The position numbers were made by a program, and so were the translations under genes. The notes beneath the pieces are model-generated. The model was not told the origin of the DNA. It saw nothing but the letters and a program-made list of their open reading frames with translations, and ran no database searches. Shown piece by piece: positions 8,687 through 16,866 of a stretch of 43,085 nucleotides of DNA (position 1 is its first letter; each line of letters opens with the position of its first letter). This stretch comes from an uncultured Ruminococcus sp. GTDB taxonomy: Bacteria > Bacillota > Clostridia > Oscillospirales > Ruminococcaceae. The stretch is from positions 1 through 43,085 of the forward strand of contig CACXFU010000016.1 of assembly GCA_902767035.1 (NCBI GenBank), read 5' to 3'.

Positions 8687-10444
8687 TTCTCTGAGCCTTT
8701 CCGCAAGCTCCTGGTCGGGCTTTACGGTTATGGTATAGTTGTTCACAAAGATGACCATTCCGGGCTTTGCTCCGTTCGGCTTTTTGACATTTTTTATGAA
8801 CGTATAGTCAACATCGCAGCGCGATGACCCTGCTGCGCTTGAATGACAGGCCGCTATCACCGCAGCTTCCTCGATCGTTCTGTCCGGCGGGAATTCTCCC
8901 CCCAGCTGTGAGCAGCTGACTATAACGTGGCTGCCTGTGATCTCCTTAGTGTGGAGCCAGAGGTCGTTTTTCTCGCTCTGCTTGCAGGTGAGAAGGTCAT
9001 TCTGCTTATTGTTCCTGCCGACCCTTATCTCATAGCCGTCAGACGATATGAACCTTATCGGCGGCGCTGCCTTAGCAGGCTTGCCCTTTTGTCTGCTGCG
9101 CTTTAAGTAGCCCTGCTCTCTCAGCTCACTTTTCAGCTCATCGAGCTCGCCCTCGGTCTTCGCCCTGGTAAAAGCGTCATAGACCGATTCGAGATAGGTT
9201 ATCTCTTCCTCGCCCTCTTTTATCAGGCCTGTCAGCATCTTCAGCGCAGTGTCGAGCTTTTTGTATTCTTTATAGTATTTCTGCGCATTCTGCGAGGGTG
9301 TAAGGCGCTTATCGAGCTTTATCTCCACCTCAGGAGAGCCTTCCTCATAAAAGTTTACGAGCTTTACCGAGCCGCTGCCCTTCTCTATAGAGTAGAGGTT
9401 CGACATTATAAGGTCTCCCATGACCCTGAATTTGTCACGGTCAGCGCAATCTTCAAGCTCAAGGCGCTGGTTTTTCACTCTTCTTTTTGTTCTGTCTATC
9501 AGCGTATTCAGGTGCCTGAAAAGGTCGCCTGCTCTCTGCTTTGTGCGTGAGAGCTCGTCTCTTTGCGAATAGAACCTGTCAAGCAGCTCTCCTGCCGAGG
9601 GGTAAGCCGTCCTCTTCATAAGGCTGCCGAAATGCTCGATATCACAGAAGCAGAAGTCTCTCAGCCTGCCCTCATCGTCTGTCAGTACAGTAAAGCAGTT
9701 TTCTCCCTTTTCAAGCTGAGCCCTTATCCTCTCAATGTAAGCCCAGAGCCTGTCCTCACTGCTGCCTGAAAGCTCTGCCGCGCTCAGTTCTCTGCCCTCA
9801 CCTGCAAAATATTCTATCTCGTCAGCAAACACAGGCGAGATCCCCTCGCAGGAAAGCATAACTGCCTTTGAGAGCTTCTTCTCACCGCAGGCTCTGAGTC
9901 TTTCGGTCAGCTCCTCACGCTCACAGGTGAGTATATCGAGCCTGTCCTCGCGCGGCGGCCTTTCATAAACTATCCCCGGCATTATGAGCCTTTGTGAGGT
10001 CTCCTGCCCTATGCGCTTTATGCTGTCGATTATCTTTTCATCGGGGCGGCTGTAAAGGATCAGATTTGAGCGCCTGCCCATGATCTCTGCCGCAAGGGTA
10101 AGCTCGCAGCGGTCGCCCATTTCGTCGGTGCTCTCCAGGTCGATATAGAGGATACGCTCAAAACCGTCCTGCCTTATGTCTGTTATCCTGGCACCCGAGA
10201 GTCTTTTTCTCATAAGCATACAGAACATAGGCGGGGTCTTGGGGTTATCTATCTGCACAGAGGTTATGTGTACCCTTGCAGAGCCTGCGCCCGTATTGAT
10301 GAGCACCTTTTTTGAGCCCTCTCTGCCCCTGACAGTTACAAGCAGCTCCTCTCTCGAGGGCTGATAGATCTTATCTATCCTTGCGTCGATAAGGCAGTCA
10401 AGCTCTTTTCTCACAAGGCTCAGATATATACCGTCCAATGCCAT
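8681..10444 (-). CDS. rqcH: Ribosome quality-control protein RqcH (NFACT/FbpA family)
   Basis: MALDG start, IDKIYQP, PPMFCMLMRK, EIMGRRSNLIL, NAQKYYKEYKK, VGRNNKQND, WLHTKEITGSHV. Confidence 0.93.
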   Translation of the reverse strand: MALDGIYLSLVRKELDCLIDARIDKIYQPSREELLVTVRGREGSKKVLINTGAGSARVHITSVQIDNPKTPPMFCMLMRKRLSGARITDIRQDGFERILYIDLESTDEMGDRCELTLAAEIMGRRSNLILYSRPDEKIIDSIKRIGQETSQRLIMPGIVYERPPREDRLDILTCEREELTERLRACGEKKLSKAVMLSCEGISPVFADEIEYFAGEGRELSAAELSGSSEDRLWAYIERIRAQLEKGENCFTVLTDDEGRLRDFCFCDIEHFGSLMKRTAYPSAGELLDRFYSQRDELSRTKQRAGDLFRHLNTLIDRTKRRVKNQRLELEDCADRDKFRVMGDLIMSNLYSIEKGSGSVKLVNFYEEGSPEVEIKLDKRLTPSQNAQKYYKEYKKLDTALKMLTGLIKEGEEEITYLESVYDAFTRAKTEGELDELKSELREQGYLKRSRQKGKPAKAAPPIRFISSDGYEIRVGRNNKQNDLLTCKQSEKNDLWLHTKEITGSHVIVSCSQLGGEFPPDRTIEEAAVIAACHSSAAGSSRCDVDYTFIKNVKKPNGAKPGMVIFVNNYTITVKPDQELAERLREK

Positions 10445-10543
10445 TGCTGTTCTCCTTTTTCTCTGATGATATTATCCCTTTTAAACACTGCTTTTGCGTA
10501 AACAAACAACTAAGCATTGGTAGTAAAATGGATAACAAATTAC

Positions 10544-11305
10544 CTATATCTCATAGCTCAGTATATCACGGTTCTCTGCCGAGACATTGAAATCTATATC
10601 CGAAAAGCCTTCGGACAGCTTTCTTTTCATAAACTCGCAGAAAATATTCTCCGTATGGAAATGCCCTGCATCAAGCACACACAGGCCTGCATTGTGGGCA
10701 TCTATGAAAACATCGTGCTTCACATCGCCTGTGATGTAGGCATCTGCGTTTTTTCTGAGGGCATTTTTCAGAAAGCTCCCTCCGCTGCCTCCGCAGACGG
10801 CAACTCTCCTTATCGTTTTGCCGGTATCGTTATACCTTATCACTGTATTGCCAAGCCTGCCCTTTACCATAGCAGCAAGCTCCCCTGCTGCCAGCTCCCT
10901 GTCGAGCTCGCATATCTTTCCGACTGGCACGTTATTCTCAACGGCAAGCGGCTCAACGGGGTTCATCCCAAGCTCCTCGCAAAGGATATCGTTCATCACT
11001 GCGCTGTCAAAATTAGTATGTGCAGACAGTGCCGATATTCCCTTCATACAGAGCTTTACGGCCGTGCTGTCACTGTCGAGAGCTTTAAGGCTCCTGAAAA
11101 TGACGGGGTGGTGCGTCACGATAAGGTCTGCGCCCCCGGCAGCGGCCTCGTCAATGATCTCATTTGTGATATCAAGGGCTATGAGCACCTTTTTGACTTC
11201 CTTGTCTGAGAAGATGACATTCGTTCCGCTGTTGTCATAATCCTCCTGCAGAGAATACGGTGCGAACTGGTCTATATAATTATAAATATCTCTTACTCTC
11301 GGCAT
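10544..11305 (-). CDS. Nif3-like dinuclear metal-centre protein
   Basis: DNSG, IVTHHPVIF, SAHTNFD, VCGGSGG, ITGDVKHD, DAGHFHTE; follows trmK as is usual. Confidence 0.92.
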   Translation of the reverse strand: MPRVRDIYNYIDQFAPYSLQEDYDNSGTNVIFSDKEVKKVLIALDITNEIIDEAAAGGADLIVTHHPVIFRSLKALDSDSTAVKLCMKGISALSAHTNFDSAVMNDILCEELGMNPVEPLAVENNVPVGKICELDRELAAGELAAMVKGRLGNTVIRYNDTGKTIRRVAVCGGSGGSFLKNALRKNADAYITGDVKHDVFIDAHNAGLCVLDAGHFHTENIFCEFMKRKLSEGFSDIDFNVSAENRDILSYEI

Positions 11306-11975
11306 AGAGCCTGACCTCTTTTCTTTTATCATCTATTATTTTAAGCAGCAGCTTTCCCTGCTCCCTTTTATCGGCAGAGCCTGCCATACCTCTGGCGGCA
11401 CGCTCCAGCCTGTCACATTCACGTTCAAGATATTCGGCGTTGTCATCGCTGTCGCAGCTGAGCAGCCCGAACCTGAGATACTCCTGAGTACATTCATAAG
11501 TCGCTCTCTCACCGAACCGCCCCGACATCACCGTATAGCCGAATCTGCCGGATATGCAGGCTCTCTCAGTCCTCACGCAGAAGCTGTTTTCATAGAGCCA
11601 TTGTCTCAGCAGCTCAGCCTTTGTCATAGGCTGCATAACTATATTCACAGAGCCGTCCTTTATCCAGCTGCACCGCCCGAGTATGTCGGCTATCAGCTCT
11701 CCGCCCATACCGGCAAGCACTATATCGCTTATACCGTCAGGTGGCACGTTATCTAAGCCGTCTGACAGCACCGTTTTTACCCTGTCTGAAAGGCCCTGAG
11801 CATCAATATGTTCACGCGCTGAGGCCAGCGGCTTTTCACCGATATCGCAGGCAAGAGCTGAGCTGCACCTGCCGCTGCTTACCAGATAGCACGGAAGATA
11901 CCCGTGATCCGTACCGACATCGCAGACGCGGTCTCCCTCAACAAGCTCTGCACAAAGCAGCAGCCTTTTATCCAT
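11280..11975 (-). CDS. trmK: tRNA m1A22 methyltransferase
   Basis: RL...DVGTDHGYLP, SDGL, IVLAGMGGELI, VMQPM motifs. Confidence 0.9.
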   Translation of the reverse strand: MDKRLLLCAELVEGDRVCDVGTDHGYLPCYLVSSGRCSSALACDIGEKPLASAREHIDAQGLSDRVKTVLSDGLDNVPPDGISDIVLAGMGGELIADILGRCSWIKDGSVNIVMQPMTKAELLRQWLYENSFCVRTERACISGRFGYTVMSGRFGERATYECTQEYLRFGLLSCDSDDNAEYLERECDRLERAARGMAGSADKREQGKLLLKIIDDKRKEVRLYAESKRYL

Positions 11976-11992
11976 ACAAAACTCCCCTTAAT

Positions 11993-12027
11993 AAAAAACG
12001 CCGCAGCACATAGCAGTTACTGCGGCG
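11993..12027 (-). terminator. Terminator after DUF1858 gene
   Basis: CGCCGCAG/CTGCGGCG stem with a U6 tail on the minus strand. Confidence 0.65.
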
Positions 12028-12034
12028 GTCTTTC

Positions 12035-12238
12035 TCAGCTTGCAAAATGAGCATTCAGCTTTGCTATAAGCTCCTCGGGTTCAACACCGTGAACATAGCA
12101 AGCCTCTTCAACAGTCTCACCTCTTGAAGCAGGGCAGAACAGACAGTGCATACCCATTTCCATAAAATAAGGCGCGGTGCTCTCATCTGCGTCCATAATA
12201 TCGCCGATAACTGTATCCTTAGTTACTACAAAAGCCAT
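12035..12238 (-). CDS. DUF1858 domain small protein
   Basis: 67 aa; VTKDTVIGD...GMHCLFCP....ETVEEAC.VHG pattern; AAGGAGG SD. Confidence 0.85.
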   Translation of the reverse strand: MAFVVTKDTVIGDIMDADESTAPYFMEMGMHCLFCPASRGETVEEACYVHGVEPEELIAKLNAHFAS

Positions 12239-12328
12239 AATTAAACCTCCTTATACATATAGCTTTTCATAGTATAACCTAATGTGAGCAAAAAATCAAT
12301 ACTAATTTTGTGAACATTTATTGCATAC

Positions 12329-12357
12329 AAAAAAAGAGCCGCCCAAAAGACAGCTCT
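12329..12357 (-). terminator. Terminator after zinc-ribbon gene
   Basis: GAGCTGTC...GGCGGCTC with a U-tract on the minus strand. Confidence 0.65.
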
Positions 12358-12432
12358 CAGTAAACAAAAACTAATTTCAGTTCTATCCGCCAACCGGTCA
12401 ATTATCCGTCAGACCGATCACCTGTACGTTTA

Positions 12433-12711
12433 TCAGCCCTGCTCCTTCATCTTTGCGAAGCACTCGCTGCAATATACGGGACGGTCCTCTCTGGGCTTGA
12501 ACGGGATAACTGCTTCGCCGCCGCACGCTGCACAAACTGCAGTGTAGGTCTGTCTCTCAGCTCTGCTTGCAGCCTTTCTTGCATCTCTGCAGGCCTTGCA
12601 TCTCTGAGGCTCGTTCACAAATCCCTTTTCTGCGTAGAACTCCTGCTCTCCTGCCGTGAAAACGAACTCGTTTCCACATTCCTTACACACTAATGTCTTG
12701 TCTTCATACAT
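12433..12711 (-). CDS. Zinc-ribbon protein with CxxC-x17-CxxC domain
   Basis: DKTLVCKECG.EFVFTAGEQEFY.EKGF.NEPQRCKACR plus CAACG...PVYCSEC. Confidence 0.88.
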   Translation of the reverse strand: MYEDKTLVCKECGNEFVFTAGEQEFYAEKGFVNEPQRCKACRDARKAASRAERQTYTAVCAACGGEAVIPFKPREDRPVYCSECFAKMKEQG

Positions 12712-12840
12712 ATCTATTACCTCGTTTACATTTTTTAGTCCTCATCGGATTCGCACCGACATCTTCGACCCTACGCCCCGACAGTCTCCTGCCAATGCAG
12801 ACGTCAACGCTTTTCTTTAAGCTATCAGACCATATCTCCC

Positions 12841-13395
12841 TCATAAAATGAGTCTGAGCTTTCTCCTTGCTCTTTGTACTGCATTATCGACAGCCTTCTG
12901 CGTAACACCCAGCTCCTCAGCTATCTGACTGTAGCTCATCGCCCTCATCAGAAGCCTGAACACATTCCATTCAAGCTCCGAAAGCTGCGACGCTATCGCG
13001 TCATAAAGCTCCGCCGTGTTCTCCTTCTCGATAACGATATCCTCAGGGTGCTCAGTTTCGGCGTCGAGCTCTTCCCCCAAAGTTCCCTCGTCCTCGGTGA
13101 TAGGAGCATTCGTCTTGAAGGCTGAGGCCATTCTGTTTTTCACACAAACCGAAGCATAAGTCGCAAACGCCGCTCCCTTGTCAGCCTCATAGCTCTTGAC
13201 GGCGCTCAGCAAAGCTATCAGTCCCTCCTGCACAAGGTCGTCCCTCACGCTCTCGGGAAAGGTGTGCGAAAAATAACGAATCCTCGGGAGATACCGCCTG
13301 ACGATCTCACCCAGAGAATCCATATCACCTTCATAGATCCCGACAAGCTGCTCATCGGTAAGCTCCGTATAAGAATAATGCTTTTTGCCGTTCAA
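12841..13395 (-). CDS. Sigma-70 family sigma factor, SigH-like
   Basis: DLVQEGLIAL, FATYASVCVKNRM, SYSQIAEELG...VDNAVQRARRKL; TTG start uncertain. Confidence 0.75.
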   Translation of the reverse strand: MNGKKHYSYTELTDEQLVGIYEGDMDSLGEIVRRYLPRIRYFSHTFPESVRDDLVQEGLIALLSAVKSYEADKGAAFATYASVCVKNRMASAFKTNAPITEDEGTLGEELDAETEHPEDIVIEKENTAELYDAIASQLSELEWNVFRLLMRAMSYSQIAEELGVTQKAVDNAVQRARRKLRLIL

Positions 13396-13442
13396 ACCTT
13401 CGCCAACTCTCCGCTGCCCGATAACAGTAACCTAACATATTA

Positions 13443-13471
13443 ATCATATCACTGTCCTCAAAAAAAGTCAA
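13443..13471 (-). promoter_or_regulatory. SigA promoter upstream of the SigH-like gene
   Basis: TTGACT, 17 bp, TGn-TATGAT. Confidence 0.68.
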
Positions 13472-13570
13472 GCAATTTCCGAAATCCGATCCCATAATTT
13501 GAAATATTTGTAATATACCACAGTTTAAGAGATTTTTTCTTGTGATTTTTTACAAACGTCAAATATCAGC

Positions 13571-13597
13571 AAAAGCGGCCGCATACCCAGCAGCCGC
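13571..13597 (-). terminator. Probable terminator
   Basis: GCGGCTGC/GCGGCCGC stem followed by UUUU. Confidence 0.55.
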
Positions 13598-13604
13598 CTT
13601 CATA

Positions 13605-14159
13605 TCAAACCTTATACTGTGCCCTGCCGCTCTCGAAGATATCTCCTCCCAAGCAGTCATCAGCAACAACAAGCGGAAAATCCTCCACAGTCAGTCTCTT
13701 CACTGACTCACACCCCAGGTCATCGAACGCGACGACCTCGCACGAGGTTATGCACTTGCAGGCCAGCGCGCCAGCACCGCCCACAGCACAGAGATACACT
13801 GCCTTGTTCCGCACTATCGCGTCTCTCACTTCCTGAGAACGCTCGCCCTTGCCTATCATTGCGGCAAGGCCAAGATCAAGCAGTCTCGGCGCGAACCTGT
13901 CCATTCTGCCGGAGGTTGTAGGCCCGCATGAGCCTATAGGTCTGCCCTCAGGCGCCGGAGTAGGCCCTGCATAATAGATAACAGCACCCTCCAGAGGTAT
14001 CGGCAGCTCCTTCCCCTCATCGAGCAGAGCCGCAAACCTCTTATGGGCTGCATCTCTCGCGGTATATACCGTACCGCTCAGCAATATCTTATCACCACAG
14101 CGGAGCTCAGGGCTGACAGCCCCAAGCTCCTGCGCATTAACTTTTCTTATTTCAGCCAC
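13605..14159 (-). CDS. Class I fumarate hydratase / tartrate dehydratase beta subunit
   Basis: LSGTVYTARDAAHKR, IYYAGP, GPTTSGRMD, IGKG, GGAGAL, DLGCES. Confidence 0.9.
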   Translation of the reverse strand: MAEIRKVNAQELGAVSPELRCGDKILLSGTVYTARDAAHKRFAALLDEGKELPIPLEGAVIYYAGPTPAPEGRPIGSCGPTTSGRMDRFAPRLLDLGLAAMIGKGERSQEVRDAIVRNKAVYLCAVGGAGALACKCITSCEVVAFDDLGCESVKRLTVEDFPLVVADDCLGGDIFESGRAQYKV

Positions 14160-14161
14160 GA

Positions 14162-15175
14162 TTATTCCTTCTCAGCCTCTTCTACCATTGAAAGGCCGTC
14201 GTCAATAAGGTCTCTTGCATTGTTAACTGCACCGATGCTGTTTCCGTACAGGTCGTTAAGTGTAGTAACGAGCTGCTGTACAGTATCATTAAGTGAAGTA
14301 AACTGAGTCTTGACCTTGTTTCTGATGTCAGCAGACTCTTGTCTGATGTTGGATGCATCATTCTTAGCCTTCTGAACGATCTGCTCAGCTTCCTTCCTAG
14401 CCTGGAAGTTCAGATCGTCTGCATTTCTCTTAGCCTCAGCGACCTTAGCAGCGACCTCTGCATCAGCAGCGCCCTTGGTCTCCTCAGCATACTTATCAGC
14501 CTCGATAGTCTGCTCGGAAGCATACTTGTCAGCCTCAGCCTTTGTCTTTGCAGCATAAGCGTCAGCAGCTGCTCTGTCTTCGTTAGCTCTTGCCTGAGCG
14601 TCGCTGACAGTCTTCTGAGCCTGAGCGTTAGCGTCAGCAATGATCTGATCCTGCATCTGCTTTGTCTCATCTTCCATCTGCTTAGCAGCCTTCTTAGCCT
14701 CAGCAACGACCTTGTTAGCGGTGTTCTGAGCCTCGATGAACACACTTCCGATGTCGAAGCTCGGAGCTGCGCCCGTACCTGCATTAGCCTCAGCCTGCTC
14801 GAGCTTTTCCTTAAGCTCCTCGATCTCCTGCTTCTGCTTCTCGATCTCGGAATCCTTCTCGATCACCTGCTGCTCGTAGTCTGCGATACGCACCTTCATA
14901 GAGTCAGTATTGCCCATGAGCTCAGCCACCTTATTGTTAGCTGCCTCAAGCTTTGAGTTGGCACTCTCGAGCTTATCCTCAAGCTCCTTCTTGCCCTCAA
15001 AATCGGCCTGCTGGCCCTCGCTCTGCTTCTCGAGTCTCTCGATAGTCTCCTCCTGATCCTTTACCTTGGTCTCAAGAGTATAGATCTTAGAAGTAAGATC
15101 ATCTACATATGCAAGAACGTCCTGCTTATCAAAGCCGCCGACTCTTACCGTTCTTAAATATCCATTACTTGCCAT
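14162..15175 (-). CDS. DivIVA-like coiled-coil protein
   Basis: N-terminal LRTVRVGGFDKQDVLAYVDDL resembles the DivIVA membrane-targeting motif; long Ala/Glu/Lys coiled coil; GGAGG SD; directly downstream of ftsZ. Confidence 0.65.
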   Translation of the reverse strand: MASNGYLRTVRVGGFDKQDVLAYVDDLTSKIYTLETKVKDQEETIERLEKQSEGQQADFEGKKELEDKLESANSKLEAANNKVAELMGNTDSMKVRIADYEQQVIEKDSEIEKQKQEIEELKEKLEQAEANAGTGAAPSFDIGSVFIEAQNTANKVVAEAKKAAKQMEDETKQMQDQIIADANAQAQKTVSDAQARANEDRAAADAYAAKTKAEADKYASEQTIEADKYAEETKGAADAEVAAKVAEAKRNADDLNFQARKEAEQIVQKAKNDASNIRQESADIRNKVKTQFTSLNDTVQQLVTTLNDLYGNSIGAVNNARDLIDDGLSMVEEAEKE

Positions 15176-15208
15176 AGCAATTCCTCCCAAAATTTTTCTG
15201 TTATTATA

Positions 15209-15361
15209 ATTATACTATAAAAGTTATTTTTTTTCAACAGGAATATCGCGTTTTGATAAATTTCATTAATCCGTACAAATTTGTTAAAAAAAATTATTCA
15301 ACTTGACATATCCCGTCAATTCTTACACAAGTATTATAGCAAAAACGAACCAAAATTTCAA
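15209..15361 (-). promoter_or_regulatory. Two tandem SigA-type promoters for the DivIVA-like gene
   Basis: TTGAAA-17-TATAAT (15209-15237) and TTGAAA-17-TGnTATAAT (15333-15361). Confidence 0.55.
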
Positions 15362-15447
15362 GTATTTTTACGAAAAAATTTCTGAGAACCAAAAATTTTC
15401 GGAAAATCCGTATATATTTCTGTAAACGTTTTCCGCTTTATTGTCTT

Positions 15448-15473
15448 AAAAGGCGGACCGAATCCGATCCGCC
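15448..15473 (-). terminator. Terminator after ftsZ
   Basis: GGCGGA...TCCGCC followed by UUUU. Confidence 0.6.
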
Positions 15474-15501
15474 CTCAAAGCTTATACATTATAAAAGCCG
15501 A

Positions 15502-16626
15502 TCACTTATTCTTGAAAATATTGAAAATATCATCATAGTAATTCGGGTTGTCAGCTGCCTTAACGCCTGCCCTGTGCATTGCCTCTGCATCAGCCTTTGC
15601 CTCGTCAGCCTTCTTCGCCTGAGATGCAAAGCTTGAGATGAAAGGACTTGTCTGTGCAGGCTGGTCATCTCTGTCAGCAAAATCCGCTGCGATGACCGTA
15701 ACGTCCATGCTGTCCTTGGAGTCAGGATCGGTACCGTTACCGAAGATGATCTCTGCGCCGTCATCGGCAGCATCTGCAATAGCAGCTGTCAGCTCGTCCA
15801 TATCGCTGATAAGCAGGTCATCGCTCATCGTAACGTTTACGATAAGTCTTCTTGCTCCTCTGATAGAGGTCTCAAGCAGCTCAGAAGCTACGACCTGGTT
15901 TATGATGTCGTTTACCTTGTCCTTGCCCTCGCCGTGGCCGAGAGCGATATGTGCTCTGCCGGCACCTTTAAGTATGGTAGTAACGTCAGCAAAGTCAACG
16001 TTTATGTCATCATGTCTGGTGATGATCTCTGCGATAGCTATAACATCTGTCTTGAGTACGTCATCAGCTATAGCATATGACTGTCTCATCGTGAGACGCA
16101 TCTCGTTAGTGATGAGGTTCTGGTTAGGGATAACGATGAGAGCGTCAACATGGCTTGTCAGTGCCTCGATACCCTTCTCAGCTCTCTCCATCTTCTTAGC
16201 GCCCTCAAACTTGAAAGGCTTTGTAACAACAGCGATGGTGAGCTTTTCGAGCGACTGAGCGATCTCAGCAACTACAGGTGCAGCACCTGTTCCTGTTCCG
16301 CCGCCCATGCCTGCTGTGATGAAGACCATATCAGCATCTGCGATAGCCTCAGCGATCTCGTCTCTGCTCTCCTGAGCAGATGCCTCGCCTATCTCGGGCT
16401 TTGCACCTGCACCGAGACCGTGTGTGAGCTTAGCTCCGATCTGTATCTGTCTTGTTGCGTTTGACTTCTTCAGAGCCTGGATATCGGTATTTACCGCAAT
16501 GTATTCAACGTTTCCCTCAATGCCTGCCTCAGCGATACAATTAAGAGCGTTTCCGCCGCCGCCGCCGACACCGATGACCTTGATCTTTGCGCCAACTACA
16601 GGTTCTTCAACAAACTCGTAACTCAT
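15502..16626 (-). CDS. ftsZ: Cell division protein FtsZ
   Basis: GVGGGGGNA, GAGAKP, GMGGGTGTG tubulin signature, INVDFADV T7 loop; GGGAGG SD before ATG 16626. Confidence 0.97.
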   Translation of the reverse strand: MSYEFVEEPVVGAKIKVIGVGGGGGNALNCIAEAGIEGNVEYIAVNTDIQALKKSNATRQIQIGAKLTHGLGAGAKPEIGEASAQESRDEIAEAIADADMVFITAGMGGGTGTGAAPVVAEIAQSLEKLTIAVVTKPFKFEGAKKMERAEKGIEALTSHVDALIVIPNQNLITNEMRLTMRQSYAIADDVLKTDVIAIAEIITRHDDINVDFADVTTILKGAGRAHIALGHGEGKDKVNDIINQVVASELLETSIRGARRLIVNVTMSDDLLISDMDELTAAIADAADDGAEIIFGNGTDPDSKDSMDVTVIAADFADRDDQPAQTSPFISSFASQAKKADEAKADAEAMHRAGVKAADNPNYYDDIFNIFKNK

Positions 16627-16740
16627 AACTAACGTCCTCCCATAACGAAATTTTCCGTCCTCTATATATGTACAGACTGTCGTCCTTTTCCTGTCCTCGC
16701 GCCGCTTTCTCATTAAAAGCGCACAAAGAGATACAATAAT

Positions 16741-16769
16741 ATATTATCACATTTTCGTCAAAATGTAAA
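16741..16769 (-). promoter_or_regulatory. ftsZ promoter containing a 0A-box-like TGACGAA
   Basis: TTTACA-17-TGnTAATAT; TGACGAA at 16754-16760 in the spacer. Confidence 0.5.
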
Positions 16770-16866
16770 GAGGTATTATGTATATCCGATAAAATTTTTA
16801 TTAATTATTCATTAATCGACTTTATCTGACCGAAAATTTGTACAATTTACACAACCTCTTCCCGAT

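Noticed and set aside
10517-11240. 230-aa and 140-aa + strand ORFs
   Set aside because: Antisense to nif3, which has all family motifs
12280-12325. Rex/Crp site upstream of DUF1858
   Set aside because: Only one half-site (TTGTGAA or TGTGA) matches
14339-14956. 205-aa + strand Ser/Leu-rich ORF
   Set aside because: Antisense shadow of the biased-codon coiled-coil gene; no RBS or motif
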